Assembly (NCBI GenBank): GCA_002436205.1
Contig: DJKT01000024.1
Coordinates: 1 to 54,863 of the forward strand
Source of the DNA: Candidatus Peribacter sp. UBA6535
GTDB taxonomy: Bacteria; Patescibacteriota; Gracilibacteria; Peribacterales; Peribacteraceae
Direction: 5' to 3'
Length of the DNA: 54,863 nt
Position numbers and translations under genes: made by a program. The notes under the pieces are model-generated. The model was not told the origin of the DNA and did not search any database. It was given only the letters and a program-made list of their open reading frames with translations. Below, piece after piece: positions 8,963 to 17,996 of the stretch (the stretch's first letter is position 1; each line of letters starts with the position of its first letter).

Positions 8963-10256
8963 ATAGGAATACGTAGTACGGTATGAGTATCCATGAAGGA
9001 ATATCTATATCGATAGATGCAAAAGGAATCTTGCTGCTGATGTTTGCTACTCCAATGATCCATTCCAGACAGGCCCACCCCAAATATGCTATTAGCTGTC
9101 CAAGGGGGAAGATTCCAAAGCTGACGACTGTTCCCATGGCACCGAAGAGCATTGCCAGTGGTATAATCGGTGTAACGAGGAGGTTTGCGAGTGGAGCAAT
9201 AAGAGAAAACCTACCAAAGAGAATAATGATAAGTGGTACAGCGGCTATTTGAGCCGCAACTGTCATTTGTAGTGATTCACGTATGGCCAAAGTCTTTGGT
9301 ACTCGTGAGAAGATCCTATCGAGAAGTGTGCTGAGCTCTGTTAGTCCGATGACTGCAAGAAACGAGAGCTGAAACCCCGCGTCATACCAGAGAACTTTGG
9401 GGTTCCAAGCAATCATAAAAAATGCTGTCCAAAGGATGGCGAGTCGGACATCGCTTACACGTCCACTCTGGAGCGCGATGAGACCCAGTATTCCCATGAT
9501 TGCTGCACGGACAACAGCTGCACTTGCTCCGACGAAGATCGTAAAGACAATGATCGCAACAGCTGCAGGGAAGAATCGAATTTTGAGTGGTAACCAGAAG
9601 AGCAGGCTGGAGATAATGGCGATGACGATCGTAATATTGTAGCCGGAGATGGCAATGATGTGCGTGAGTCCTGTGTTATTAAATGCTTCCATCAGATCAT
9701 CGGGGATTCCTCGTCGAGATCCTGTCAGAAGCCCTGCCATGAATGATGCATGTGGCTCTGGGTAGAGGCGGTTGATCTGTTGCTCAAAACGAGATTTTAG
9801 TGAGTAGAGCTTCCTCCGTAGCGGAGGCCCGGGGGCCTCCGGTGCGTTGGTTCGTATTTCACTCCGGTACATCACAGAATAGATGTCATATCTGGAGAGA
9901 TAGCGATCATAGTAGAAAGTTTCAATCTTCTCTGGCTTCTCCAAGATCCCTGTTGCGGTAATCCGATCACCGAAGTGGTATTCCGGCCACATTCTCCTAT
10001 CAGTAACGAGTACATTTCCTGCTAAGCCTTTAATCACTGTTCCATATCCATCCAAAACTTGATCAACAGCTATCGTGTATTTTGTTTGCATGGGTCTGCG
10101 GTCTGGCTCATCTGCGATAATGCCGTGTATCTCTACCTTCGATCCATCTGCATACCAGTCAATGGTGTTTGGTGACGGGGTATGTGTTGTTCGAATGACA
10201 CAGATGAGTGCAATTATTATCCCTAAAAGAGAAGCAATAAATTTCTTCATATCCAC
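8877..10256 (-). CDS. comEC: ComEC/Rec2 family competence protein (OB-like plus competence domain, no beta-lactamase domain)
   Basis: GLTHIIAISGYN, S.AVVRAAIMG, D.GFQLSFLA motifs. Confidence 0.9.
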   Translation of the reverse strand: MDMKKFIASLLGIIIALICVIRTTHTPSPNTIDWYADGSKVEIHGIIADEPDRRPMQTKYTIAVDQVLDGYGTVIKGLAGNVLVTDRRMWPEYHFGDRITATGILEKPEKIETFYYDRYLSRYDIYSVMYRSEIRTNAPEAPGPPLRRKLYSLKSRFEQQINRLYPEPHASFMAGLLTGSRRGIPDDLMEAFNNTGLTHIIAISGYNITIVIAIISSLLFWLPLKIRFFPAAVAIIVFTIFVGASAAVVRAAIMGILGLIALQSGRVSDVRLAILWTAFFMIAWNPKVLWYDAGFQLSFLAVIGLTELSTLLDRIFSRVPKTLAIRESLQMTVAAQIAAVPLIIILFGRFSLIAPLANLLVTPIIPLAMLFGAMGTVVSFGIFPLGQLIAYLGWACLEWIIGVANISSKIPFASIDIDIPSWILIPYYVFLFTMCRAVAPSPPATTVQACSLQPLSPET

Positions 10257-10320
10257 TGAAAGAAAAATGCAGATACGAGAAACGATCCTAAAAACCAGTA
10301 GGCGAGTTTGTGCATAGCGA

Positions 10321-11163
10321 TTAATTCTGCACGTGTGCCTTTGCCAGTGCTATCCACTCCTCAACCGAAAGTGTTTGTGGACGCCTGGTTTCGTCTATGC
10401 TTGCAGCAGAAAGCAGTTCCAAACCTCCCTGGAACCTGCCTGCCGGCAGGCAGGCGTTGCCGAAACTATTACGCAGCATCTTGCGTTTTTGCGAGAAGCC
10501 AATCTTTGCAAGCTTCATGACTTGCTTGATCGTGTCGGGGTCTGCAATTGGCTCTGCATATGCATCAATATGAATGACAGCAGAGTCTACTTTGGGTGGT
10601 GGTAGAAATGCTTTTGGTGGTACATCTGTTATCTTGGTTGCTTTTCCAAAGAGTGCAACGATGATTGTAAGCAGTCCTGCATTTTTCGTATCACAAATTC
10701 TATCTGCCACTTCTTTTTGAATCAGTAGAGTGAGTGTTTCCGGGTGCGAAGTCGACTCCAAAAACACATGCTGCAACAGAGGAGAAGTAATATGATAGGG
10801 GATGTTGGCCACTATTTTGTACTCGTCTTGTGGCATTGCGGTGTTGAGAGCATTCTCTTGAATAGCTTTTAGCTGGTAGCTTTTAGCTTTTAGATGAGAA
10901 TGTACATATTCCTTCATAAGAGGAATCATCCGTTCATCTAATTCAATTGCAGTGACTTTGGCAGCTCTTTGCAAGAGCTCTTTGGTCAGTACTCCAATTC
11001 CAGGGCCAATCTCTACTATATGGTCATTCGATTGGATCTTGGCAGCTTCTACGATCTGATCAAGTATGGATTGATCGACCAGAAAATGCTGTCCAAGGTC
11101 AGTATTCAGCCTAAGGAGGTATGTAGAGCAAAATTGCCGGATTTGGTCTTTAAGATTAGACAC
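10321..11163 (-). CDS. rsmA: 16S rRNA adenine dimethyltransferase
   Basis: LGQHFL, EIGPG.G.LT, ANIPYHIT, F.PPPKVDS, F.QKRK.LRN motifs. Confidence 0.95.
   Translation of the reverse strand: MSNLKDQIRQFCSTYLLRLNTDLGQHFLVDQSILDQIVEAAKIQSNDHIVEIGPGIGVLTKELLQRAAKVTAIELDERMIPLMKEYVHSHLKAKSYQLKAIQENALNTAMPQDEYKIVANIPYHITSPLLQHVFLESTSHPETLTLLIQKEVADRICDTKNAGLLTIIVALFGKATKITDVPPKAFLPPPKVDSAVIHIDAYAEPIADPDTIKQVMKLAKIGFSQKRKMLRNSFGNACLPAGRFQGGLELLSAASIDETRRPQTLSVEEWIALAKAHVQN
10435..10454. repeat. Perfect 20-bp palindrome CCTGCCTGCCGGCAGGCAGG in-frame within rsmA (encodes CLPAGR)
   Basis: Same sequence at 40196-40215 and an 18-bp match at 40165-40182. Confidence 0.9.
10863..10893. repeat. Heptamer tandem tract (TAGCTTT/TAGCTGG) in-frame within rsmA
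   Basis: tagcttt tagctgg tagcttt tagcttt tag; encodes LKAKSYQLKA. Confidence 0.85.
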
Positions 11164-11185
11164 CTAAGGATCATATCAGTAGAAT
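11157..11185 (+). promoter_or_regulatory. Sigma70-like promoter for the Phe/Tyr leader
   Basis: TAGACA (11157-11162), 17-bp spacer, TAGAAT (11180-11185). Confidence 0.55.
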
Positions 11186-11195
11186 GTACACAGAT

Positions 11196-11261
11196 ATGAC
11201 TTCTCAGACATTTTTTTACAGCTTCTTTTATTACTTTCACCCAATCGGGACGGAGCTGTAG
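11196..11261 (+). CDS. Phe/Tyr-rich attenuator leader peptide MTSQTFFYSFFYYFHPIGTEL*
   Basis: 8 of 9 consecutive codons are Phe/Tyr; followed by mutually exclusive antiterminator and terminator hairpins. Confidence 0.75.
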   Translation: MTSQTFFYSFFYYFHPIGTEL

Positions 11262-11312
11262 TTATATCTAGGTAAACCTCAATTCAGCACCTTCCCGATG
11301 GAGGTGTTTTTT
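11241..11312 (+). terminator. Attenuator: antiterminator plus intrinsic terminator
   Basis: ATCGGGA (11244-50) pairs with TCCCGAT (11293-99), and GCTG pairs with CAGC; alternative terminator GCACCTTC/GGAGGTGT (11287-11307) with T-tract to 11312. Confidence 0.75.
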
Positions 11313-11408
11313 GTATCTTGTATTTTCTTTCTTTGATCTTTTACATCATCACTACGCCCTTCGTACTCTGCCTCTTGATTGCGTTTGAGTCTCATACATG
11401 AGAGCTCA

Positions 11409-11726
11409 ATGCCAAAGACGCAGATCCGGATGGTATTACAACACCCATTTTTTAGGAGCGTTACGATGAGTCTTCCACAGGTAGTATGTTTGCAGAATAA
11501 GCTTGCAAAGCTTATGGGACTTTCTGATCGACAAGTGCCAACAGAAATTCAAAAGCGGTTTTCTCTTGAAGACTGCACTCCTGACGCCTTTTGGATCGAG
11601 TACCAACGTCGTGGTCGTCGTGGCAAAGGACATATGGAACAGGCTGTTGATCGTGCATTAGCCGGCAAAAAGAAGCCCGATCCGGTCCCGGGTCACGTTT
11701 CACGTCCTTACTCACATGGGTGGTAG
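11409..11726 (+). CDS. Hypothetical small basic protein
   Basis: ORF (ATG 11409; track start TTG 11379) followed by a strong terminator. Confidence 0.55.
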   Translation: MPKTQIRMVLQHPFFRSVTMSLPQVVCLQNKLAKLMGLSDRQVPTEIQKRFSLEDCTPDAFWIEYQRRGRRGKGHMEQAVDRALAGKKKPDPVPGHVSRPYSHGW

Positions 11727-11751
11727 AGTTATCACTCGGCTATAGGCCTTC

Positions 11752-11783
11752 GGCTCCTGCGAACTTTCGCGGGAGCCTTTTTT
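11752..11783 (+). terminator. Intrinsic terminator
   Basis: GGCTCCTGCGAA-CT-TTCGCGGGAGCC followed by T6. Confidence 0.85.
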
Positions 11784-11832
11784 GGATAAAACAAACTTTC
11801 TTTATGTAAAGAATGCTATACTCTGCGACCTT

Positions 11833-12597
11833 ATGCGCATCTTCTGTCTTCTCTGTATTCTTAGCCTCAGCGCTCCGGTAGCGTATGCATATCCTGAGTA
11901 TCCACCGTTTGAGCAAACACAGTTTGCAGATGATTTTGGGATGTTTCGCTGGTGGAATTATTGCTGGTGGCGTGTATTTGATCCTGACATCTATGTTCTT
12001 TGTTATCCGGATGGATCAATATTCTTACAGTATCCGGATGGTAGAGTAATTCGTGCATCACAAGAGGATATCGAGAGACTCTTTGCTGGTAGGGGCAGAA
12101 GGAGAGAGGGAAGAGGAGGGAGAGTAACTCCGAGACTTGGCCCAGCACTTGGTGATGGCTTTCGTTTGAGTGATGTATACGGAGGGAGATTTTTCCGGTT
12201 CGATGGAAACAGTGGCCTCGGAAGATTCAATCTTCCTTCGGGCACTGGCGTATTTCGCTTTGATAGATTTGGTAACCCTATAACAGGAGACTTTGGCGGT
12301 CGCGATAGTGGCGACGAAGATGATGATTCCGGTTCTCGCTCGTCAGGCAGTAGCAGCTCTACGAGATTCGGTGGTAGAAGTAGTAGTGGCAGCAATGGCT
12401 CATGGAGATTCTCCGGTGATGGTTCCGGTGGTCGATTCTCCGGAACACGTATGCACGATATTTTCTATGAGCCTCTTGGGCTCTATAGATGCGATAGTAT
12501 TCACGACTCCATAGATGGAGGGATATTTGGGCCTATTCCTTGTACGTCGTATCCAGGAGTATTTGGTCCGAAAGTAGAGTTTGGAAGAACGAATTAG
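11833..12597 (+). CDS. Hypothetical secreted protein with Gly/Arg/Phe/Ser-rich low-complexity region
   Basis: Signal-peptide-like start MRIFCLLCILSLSAPVAYA at ATG 11833; repeated GRF/FRFD motifs. Confidence 0.6.
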   Translation: MRIFCLLCILSLSAPVAYAYPEYPPFEQTQFADDFGMFRWWNYCWWRVFDPDIYVLCYPDGSIFLQYPDGRVIRASQEDIERLFAGRGRRREGRGGRVTPRLGPALGDGFRLSDVYGGRFFRFDGNSGLGRFNLPSGTGVFRFDRFGNPITGDFGGRDSGDEDDDSGSRSSGSSSSTRFGGRSSSGSNGSWRFSGDGSGGRFSGTRMHDIFYEPLGLYRCDSIHDSIDGGIFGPIPCTSYPGVFGPKVEFGRTN

Positions 12598-12611
12598 TTT
12601 ATAATGGGCTT

Positions 12612-14267
12612 ATGAGACTCGTATCAATTCTTATTGGTGTTGCGTTGCCTGTAGTAACCCTTGCTTTGAGTTACGAGACAGATGCACTCCCATACTCAGA
12701 TGTACCGGCAGACCTACCAACACAGGTAGCCATAAGTACGCTGACAGAGCTTGGCATTGTGCAGGGTAATCCTGATGGAACGTTCAAGCCGGGTGTCCCC
12801 ATCAATCGTGCAGAGTTTATGAAGATTGCTATGGGCCTTTTGCCTCCGGATGATTCTTTTATCCAGACACGTTGCTTCCCCGACATTGATGAAAACCTTT
12901 GGTTTGCAAGGGCCGTATGTAGAGCGAAGGATCTTGGCATTGTTAGCGGAAATGCGTTGCCGGATACCGACCCAAACCTGTGGCCATTTGAGCCAGCACG
13001 CTCTGTAAAATACGAAGAGGCGCTCAAAATCCTGACACGCATTTACGGAACACCAATGGTCAATGTCATTGGCCAGTGGTACGAGAAGTATGTTAGTAGT
13101 GCCGAAAATTTACAGATTCATCTTTCAGATTCTGCTCCGGGTTCTGCATTGACTCGTGGTCAGATGGCGCGGTTGGTTGTCGCATACTTGGCGTACTCTC
13201 ACGAAGAACTCGATGAGCTACGCGCAGCACAGAGCAATAGTAGCATTCCTGTACGTACGGTCTTCGAGCCGTCATCATCTATCTCCTCTGAATCCTCTGA
13301 GTCTTCTGCATCTTCTGAGTCTTCGGCTATCTATGACCCTCTTCTCCAAGACACCTCCACAGATGACGCAGTTCTCGTACTCGGAAAGACTACACACATC
13401 CTTGGTTCTGCGAAGCTGTTTGCAGATGCAGAACCTATTCGTGTTCACTATTTCCTCATTGATATTGTCGCTGCCAATACGTCTTTGGATGCAATGAATA
13501 TTTACGATCACGATGGCAAGTTTATCGGTCGTGCGACAGTGGATCCTGAGGTGTCTGCAAAGACGCGGTATCGCCTTGGCGTGAAGAACAAAAATATCAT
13601 ACTGCCGAAAAGAGATGACTACAGTTTTTACGTGCGTGGCGTCATGCGCCCGGAAGATAGTGGAGGAGTAAGTGGTGGCACAGTGCAAGTCGGTGAGATG
13701 GGTATTGAAGGTATTGGAGATTGGAGTAATCGTGACTACGAAGTGATGACCAGTGGCGAAACATTTGCGCAGACGACTGTTGCCCGCAGTGCTATTACTT
13801 CCATCAGTAATGTTGGAGATGATCGCTCTATTCTCATCGAAGGGTCTGATATGGAAATAGGCTCATTCCGGTTTGAAGGAGTAACTGGACATAGTGCAGC
13901 TCGACTTGATATTACAGATATCGACTTCCAGATTGGTACAGTAGGTACTGTGACACTCAGTAATGCAACAATGAAAGTTGATGGAAGCTCCGAGAGGCAC
14001 AGTTGCAGTGTTTCTGGAGATACACTGACATGTGCCAGTTTGCCGGCTAGTTACGGTCGTCTGGATGATGGTCCCCGTATCTTGAGGGTGTATGCAGATA
14101 TTACTATTCCTGATGATCTTCCACATGCAGGATTGCAGATTTCTATCAATGATCCAGGCAGCATAGGTTCACCAGGAGATATTACGTGGAGTGATGGAGT
14201 GACAAGCTTTACGTGGATTGATCTCAATGAAAGACCTATAGCAAGAGGGACATATTACTCGTACTAA
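12612..14267 (+). CDS. S-layer homology (SLH) domain-containing surface protein
   Basis: YSDV...GIVQGNPDGTFKP...INRAEF, FPDI...WF...GIVSG and LTRGQMA SLH repeats, Ser-rich linker, beta-rich C-terminus. Confidence 0.85.
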   Translation: MRLVSILIGVALPVVTLALSYETDALPYSDVPADLPTQVAISTLTELGIVQGNPDGTFKPGVPINRAEFMKIAMGLLPPDDSFIQTRCFPDIDENLWFARAVCRAKDLGIVSGNALPDTDPNLWPFEPARSVKYEEALKILTRIYGTPMVNVIGQWYEKYVSSAENLQIHLSDSAPGSALTRGQMARLVVAYLAYSHEELDELRAAQSNSSIPVRTVFEPSSSISSESSESSASSESSAIYDPLLQDTSTDDAVLVLGKTTHILGSAKLFADAEPIRVHYFLIDIVAANTSLDAMNIYDHDGKFIGRATVDPEVSAKTRYRLGVKNKNIILPKRDDYSFYVRGVMRPEDSGGVSGGTVQVGEMGIEGIGDWSNRDYEVMTSGETFAQTTVARSAITSISNVGDDRSILIEGSDMEIGSFRFEGVTGHSAARLDITDIDFQIGTVGTVTLSNATMKVDGSSERHSCSVSGDTLTCASLPASYGRLDDGPRILRVYADITIPDDLPHAGLQISINDPGSIGSPGDITWSDGVTSFTWIDLNERPIARGTYYSY

Positions 14268-14270
14268 TGT

Positions 14271-14337
14271 ACGAGAAATACGAAGCACGAAATAAGAAGT
14301 TCGAAGTTCGAATTTCGATATTCGTTTTTCGGATTTC
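14271..14337. repeat. Quasi-palindromic heptamer tract (ACGAAAT/TCGAAGT/TCGATAT type) between convergent genes
   Basis: acgaagc acgaaat aagaagt tcgaagt tcgaatt tcgatat tcgtttt tcggatt. Confidence 0.8.
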
Positions 14338-16608
14338 TCAAATAATTTTGAGTGGTGCGATACTCATCGCCAGTGTCTTCTTCTGCCCATCATCAAAGGT
14401 AATATCAACAATGTCTCCACGTATAGAGGTGACGGTCCCTTTTCCGAATGTGTGATGTTCCACTCTTGTCCCTTCTGATAGTTCGTTATCCTGATTAAAG
14501 TCATTGGAGGAAAAATCCATATCCTGATTGAATTCGATTTTTAGATCCTCTTTACCCTGTGTAAACCGTTGCACTCCGGTACCCAGGCCCTCTTCTCCTT
14601 TTTTGCTTGCCCACGCGAATGCAGAGAGCAATTCATCACTACGTCTTTCGGTGACGGCTTCTGGAAGATCCTCCAAAAATCTGCTTGGTGCATTAGATTG
14701 TGATTGCCCCCAAAGTACACGTGTTCTTGCAAACATCAGTCGTAGATGTTTCTTTGCCCTTGTCATTCCAACGTACATGATACGACGCTCTTCTTCGAGT
14801 TGCTCTTTATCAAACATGCTATTTGCGTGCGGGAAGATGCCTTCTTCACAACCGGCAATAATAACATGATCAAACTCCAATCCTTTGCATAGATGCAGTG
14901 TCATGAGTGTGAGTGCATCCGTACCTTTATCTTGAAGCTTATCAACTTCAGAGACGAGTGCCACTTCTTCCAAAAAGCTCATCAAACTGGTTTCTGGGTC
15001 CAGTGCATCGTATTTGTGCATAACACTCAGTAGCTCCTGTACGTTTCCCCAGCGGTTCTCACCCTCTTCAGTGTCATCACGCAGCCAGTGCTCCATATCT
15101 ATTGCATGGATTAGGTGGCCACTGAGCTCGGAGACTACTTCAGTTTTTGCTTTCTCTTGATACTTCACGAGTAGATCTACAAATTTTCGAAGACGCTCTT
15201 TAGTCGGGTCATTAATACTGTCTATCTGATCTACTGCATTGAGGGAATCCCAAAGTGACATGCCGTTTTCCGATGCAAATGCCTGTATTTTACTGAGTGT
15301 TGTCAGTCCTATCTTCCTCGAAGGTACATTGATGATTCGCAGGAGGGATACGGTGTCGTACGGATTTAACATCACATGCAAATATGCCAGTACATCTTTT
15401 ACCTCTTTACGCGCATAGAATTTTAAGCCTCCCAAAATGCGGTAGGGGATACCATTCTTTAAACATGCTTCTTCAAAGAGCCTCGACTGCGCATTGGTTC
15501 TGTAGAGAATGACTTGATTTCTGAGCTTGACCCCTTTGCGTCTGTGCATTTCGTCTGCTGCTTTTATGGCTTCCAGTGCCTCTTTTTTTTCATCAGCTAC
15601 TTCTTGCGCTATGACGTTTGATCCCTCTTTCTTTTCGGTCCACATCTTCTTTTCTGGCCTATTGGGGTTGGCATCTATCACTCCATCTGCAGCATCTAAT
15701 ATTGGCTGAGTGGATCTATAGTTTTGTTCCAGTTTAATACGAGTGGCATTAGGGTACTCTTTTTCAAACTCCAGAATATTTCTGATGTCTGCACCGCGAA
15801 AACTGTAAATAGACTGATCTGGATCTCCAATAACACAGAGATTGTGATGTTTTTTGGCTAGTAGAGTGATGAGAATGTACTGTGCGTGGTTGGTATCCTG
15901 ATACTCATCGACGTGCAGATATTTCCAGGTTTCTTGATACCGCTTTAATACTTCTGGTACTTCAGTAAAGAGTCGCACGGTTTCGAGTATCAAATCATCA
16001 AAGTCGAGAGCATTGGCTTCGAAGAGCGTTTTTTGGTAGCGCTTGTATGCACCAATAGCTTGTTGCATGCGAGCTGTGGTGGCTTGGCTTTCTGCTTGCT
16101 TGGGACTGAGCGATTCACACTTAAATCGGCCGACGTAACCAAGGGCTGCTTTGGGTTTGAGCTCTTTGTCATCTATACCTATTTCTTTCAGCACTTGTTT
16201 CATCAGTCTCTGCTGGTCGTCACTGTCATAAATAACAAATGATTTCTCACGTCCTATCTGATCTATATCACGACGCAAGATTCGTGCACACAGAGAGTGA
16301 AATGTTCCCATGATTGGCAGGTTTCCAGAGTTGAGTTGCCATTGCTTGAGATCTGACCCTCCAGTGATGTGCAGAATGTTTTCTATCCTCTCTTTCATTT
16401 CTGCTGCTGCTTTGTTGGTAAAAGTCACAGCCAGTATTTGCCATGGTGGCACGCCATCATCAATCAACTTTGCAATTCTGTGTGTCAGCGCACGTGTCTT
16501 TCCACTTCCTGCTCCGGCTAATATAAGCAAAGGACCCTCTGTTTGCATTACCGCTTGTTGTTGCGGATCATTGAGGTTTCCTGTGATGAGTTCTTTTGTA
16601 GTTGGCAC
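14338..16608 (-). CDS. pcrA: ATP-dependent DNA helicase PcrA/UvrD
   Basis: AGAGSGKT, TFTNKAA, DEYQD, GDPDQSIYSFRGA, LEQNYRS, KGLEF, EEERR..YV..TRA, C-terminal Tudor-like RVEH..FGKG. Confidence 0.93.
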   Translation of the reverse strand: MPTTKELITGNLNDPQQQAVMQTEGPLLILAGAGSGKTRALTHRIAKLIDDGVPPWQILAVTFTNKAAAEMKERIENILHITGGSDLKQWQLNSGNLPIMGTFHSLCARILRRDIDQIGREKSFVIYDSDDQQRLMKQVLKEIGIDDKELKPKAALGYVGRFKCESLSPKQAESQATTARMQQAIGAYKRYQKTLFEANALDFDDLILETVRLFTEVPEVLKRYQETWKYLHVDEYQDTNHAQYILITLLAKKHHNLCVIGDPDQSIYSFRGADIRNILEFEKEYPNATRIKLEQNYRSTQPILDAADGVIDANPNRPEKKMWTEKKEGSNVIAQEVADEKKEALEAIKAADEMHRRKGVKLRNQVILYRTNAQSRLFEEACLKNGIPYRILGGLKFYARKEVKDVLAYLHVMLNPYDTVSLLRIINVPSRKIGLTTLSKIQAFASENGMSLWDSLNAVDQIDSINDPTKERLRKFVDLLVKYQEKAKTEVVSELSGHLIHAIDMEHWLRDDTEEGENRWGNVQELLSVMHKYDALDPETSLMSFLEEVALVSEVDKLQDKGTDALTLMTLHLCKGLEFDHVIIAGCEEGIFPHANSMFDKEQLEEERRIMYVGMTRAKKHLRLMFARTRVLWGQSQSNAPSRFLEDLPEAVTERRSDELLSAFAWASKKGEEGLGTGVQRFTQGKEDLKIEFNQDMDFSSNDFNQDNELSEGTRVEHHTFGKGTVTSIRGDIVDITFDDGQKKTLAMSIAPLKII

Positions 16609-16625
16609 GAATGAATTGTACCGTG

Positions 16626-17789
16626 TTACTCTGTATTTCCTAGATCTTCTTTTGTGATTTTTGCTTTGGGTTCAACCAATTCCAAAAGTTGCTGTGCAAC
16701 CTCTTTAGGGTTTGCAACAAGCTCTTTGGTTTCTGCAGTACTCAGATTTAGGTTTCGAATCTTTGCCTTTTTAATCATGGCTTCTGCCATCAGTTCAGGA
16801 TTAGCACTTTGTGCTTTGTGCAGAGTTTCCAGCCCGTGATAAATCATCTGCAGTTCATGTGCGTTTCTTGTAGAAACATGAAAGTCGAATGCAGCAACTA
16901 AGTCGACAATGTTTTCACGCTCTTGTGGGTCGATACCTTCGGTAAATTCATACGACTCCATGCGCTTGAGGCTTGCAAGGATAGGCTCGAGTGCTTCTGG
17001 AGACACGACATAGAACGTAAACCCTTCTTCATAGAAAGAAACCTGTTTTAGCGATTGCACAGCATCAGTTGGGACTACTAAGAACACGGTAGAATAGATC
17101 TTTTGGTTGCCCTTAATCTTTGCTGCAGTTTTCTTCACAGATTCTTTCATGTAGTTTTGCAAGTCTTGTGAACGTGACACTTTTGCATCAAAGATAATAT
17201 ATTGTTCCAAGAAGCTAATCATAAAGTCAGGCTTGAGGCTTCCGCTGAATCCCTCAGGAAGATTGGTATTACTGTACGACGTAAATTCACAGTGCTCTTT
17301 TTTTGTGAGCCCACCAAGAAGAGCTACCACATCTTGCTCATGGTCATTCCACATCCGGTCACGATCTTCAATTAATTTTTGCTGGCGCTCTTCATCCTCT
17401 CTGCGAATACGTACCTTCTCATCTTCGAGTGTGCTCTTCGCTTCCTCAAGCTTTGTAGCCATATCCTCATGACGCTTTTGCTTTTGTTCATTCTCTGCCT
17501 CGAATTTTGTGACACGCATTGATAGCCCATCGCGCTCCTTTATCAGAGCTTTATGATCTGATTCTAGATTCTTCAGTTGAGCAAACATATTTTTCCCATT
17601 CGTTGATAATTCATTCTTTTCATCTTTGAGCTGTTCAAGCTGATTTTTAATTTCACCGATTTCCTGTATCCGGCGATCAAGTTCAGCTTTTAATCGAGGG
17701 TCACCATCAGTCTGAGATTTACGAAGCTGAAGCGCGATAAAGCCAATTCCTACTAATGCAATTCCTGTGAGTATGTAGAGGGGAGTCAT
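16626..17789 (-). CDS. RmuC-like protein (N-terminal TM, coiled coil, PD-(D/E)XK domain)
   Basis: TM at MTPLYILTG..., long coiled coil, LKPDF...IIFDAK motif. Confidence 0.7.
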   Translation of the reverse strand: MTPLYILTGIALVGIGFIALQLRKSQTDGDPRLKAELDRRIQEIGEIKNQLEQLKDEKNELSTNGKNMFAQLKNLESDHKALIKERDGLSMRVTKFEAENEQKQKRHEDMATKLEEAKSTLEDEKVRIRREDEERQQKLIEDRDRMWNDHEQDVVALLGGLTKKEHCEFTSYSNTNLPEGFSGSLKPDFMISFLEQYIIFDAKVSRSQDLQNYMKESVKKTAAKIKGNQKIYSTVFLVVPTDAVQSLKQVSFYEEGFTFYVVSPEALEPILASLKRMESYEFTEGIDPQERENIVDLVAAFDFHVSTRNAHELQMIYHGLETLHKAQSANPELMAEAMIKKAKIRNLNLSTAETKELVANPKEVAQQLLELVEPKAKITKEDLGNTE

Positions 17790-17996
17790 AGGAGCGCATT
17801 GTATCATGTGGTAGACACTCGTCCACCCAAATGCGATTGCCAAAAGCCTCAGAAGGCGTGATTTCAGTACTTCTTAGCTAAATACTTGCATTGAATGTTT
17901 GTTTTACTATACTGCTACAGATCTCGCTGATTGGGTGGCTTAGAGACCCCCTTTCCGGCGCGGCAACGTTACTCTTATCTGTGTACACCCTCTACT

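Noticed and set aside
11241-11312. Metabolite-binding riboswitch
   Set aside because: No known aptamer consensus recognised; the Phe/Tyr leader ORF explains the switch better
14267-14455. 62-aa ORF MYEKYEARNKKFEVRISIFVFRIS...
   Set aside because: Translation of the heptamer tract plus the antisense of pcrA; unlikely to be a real gene
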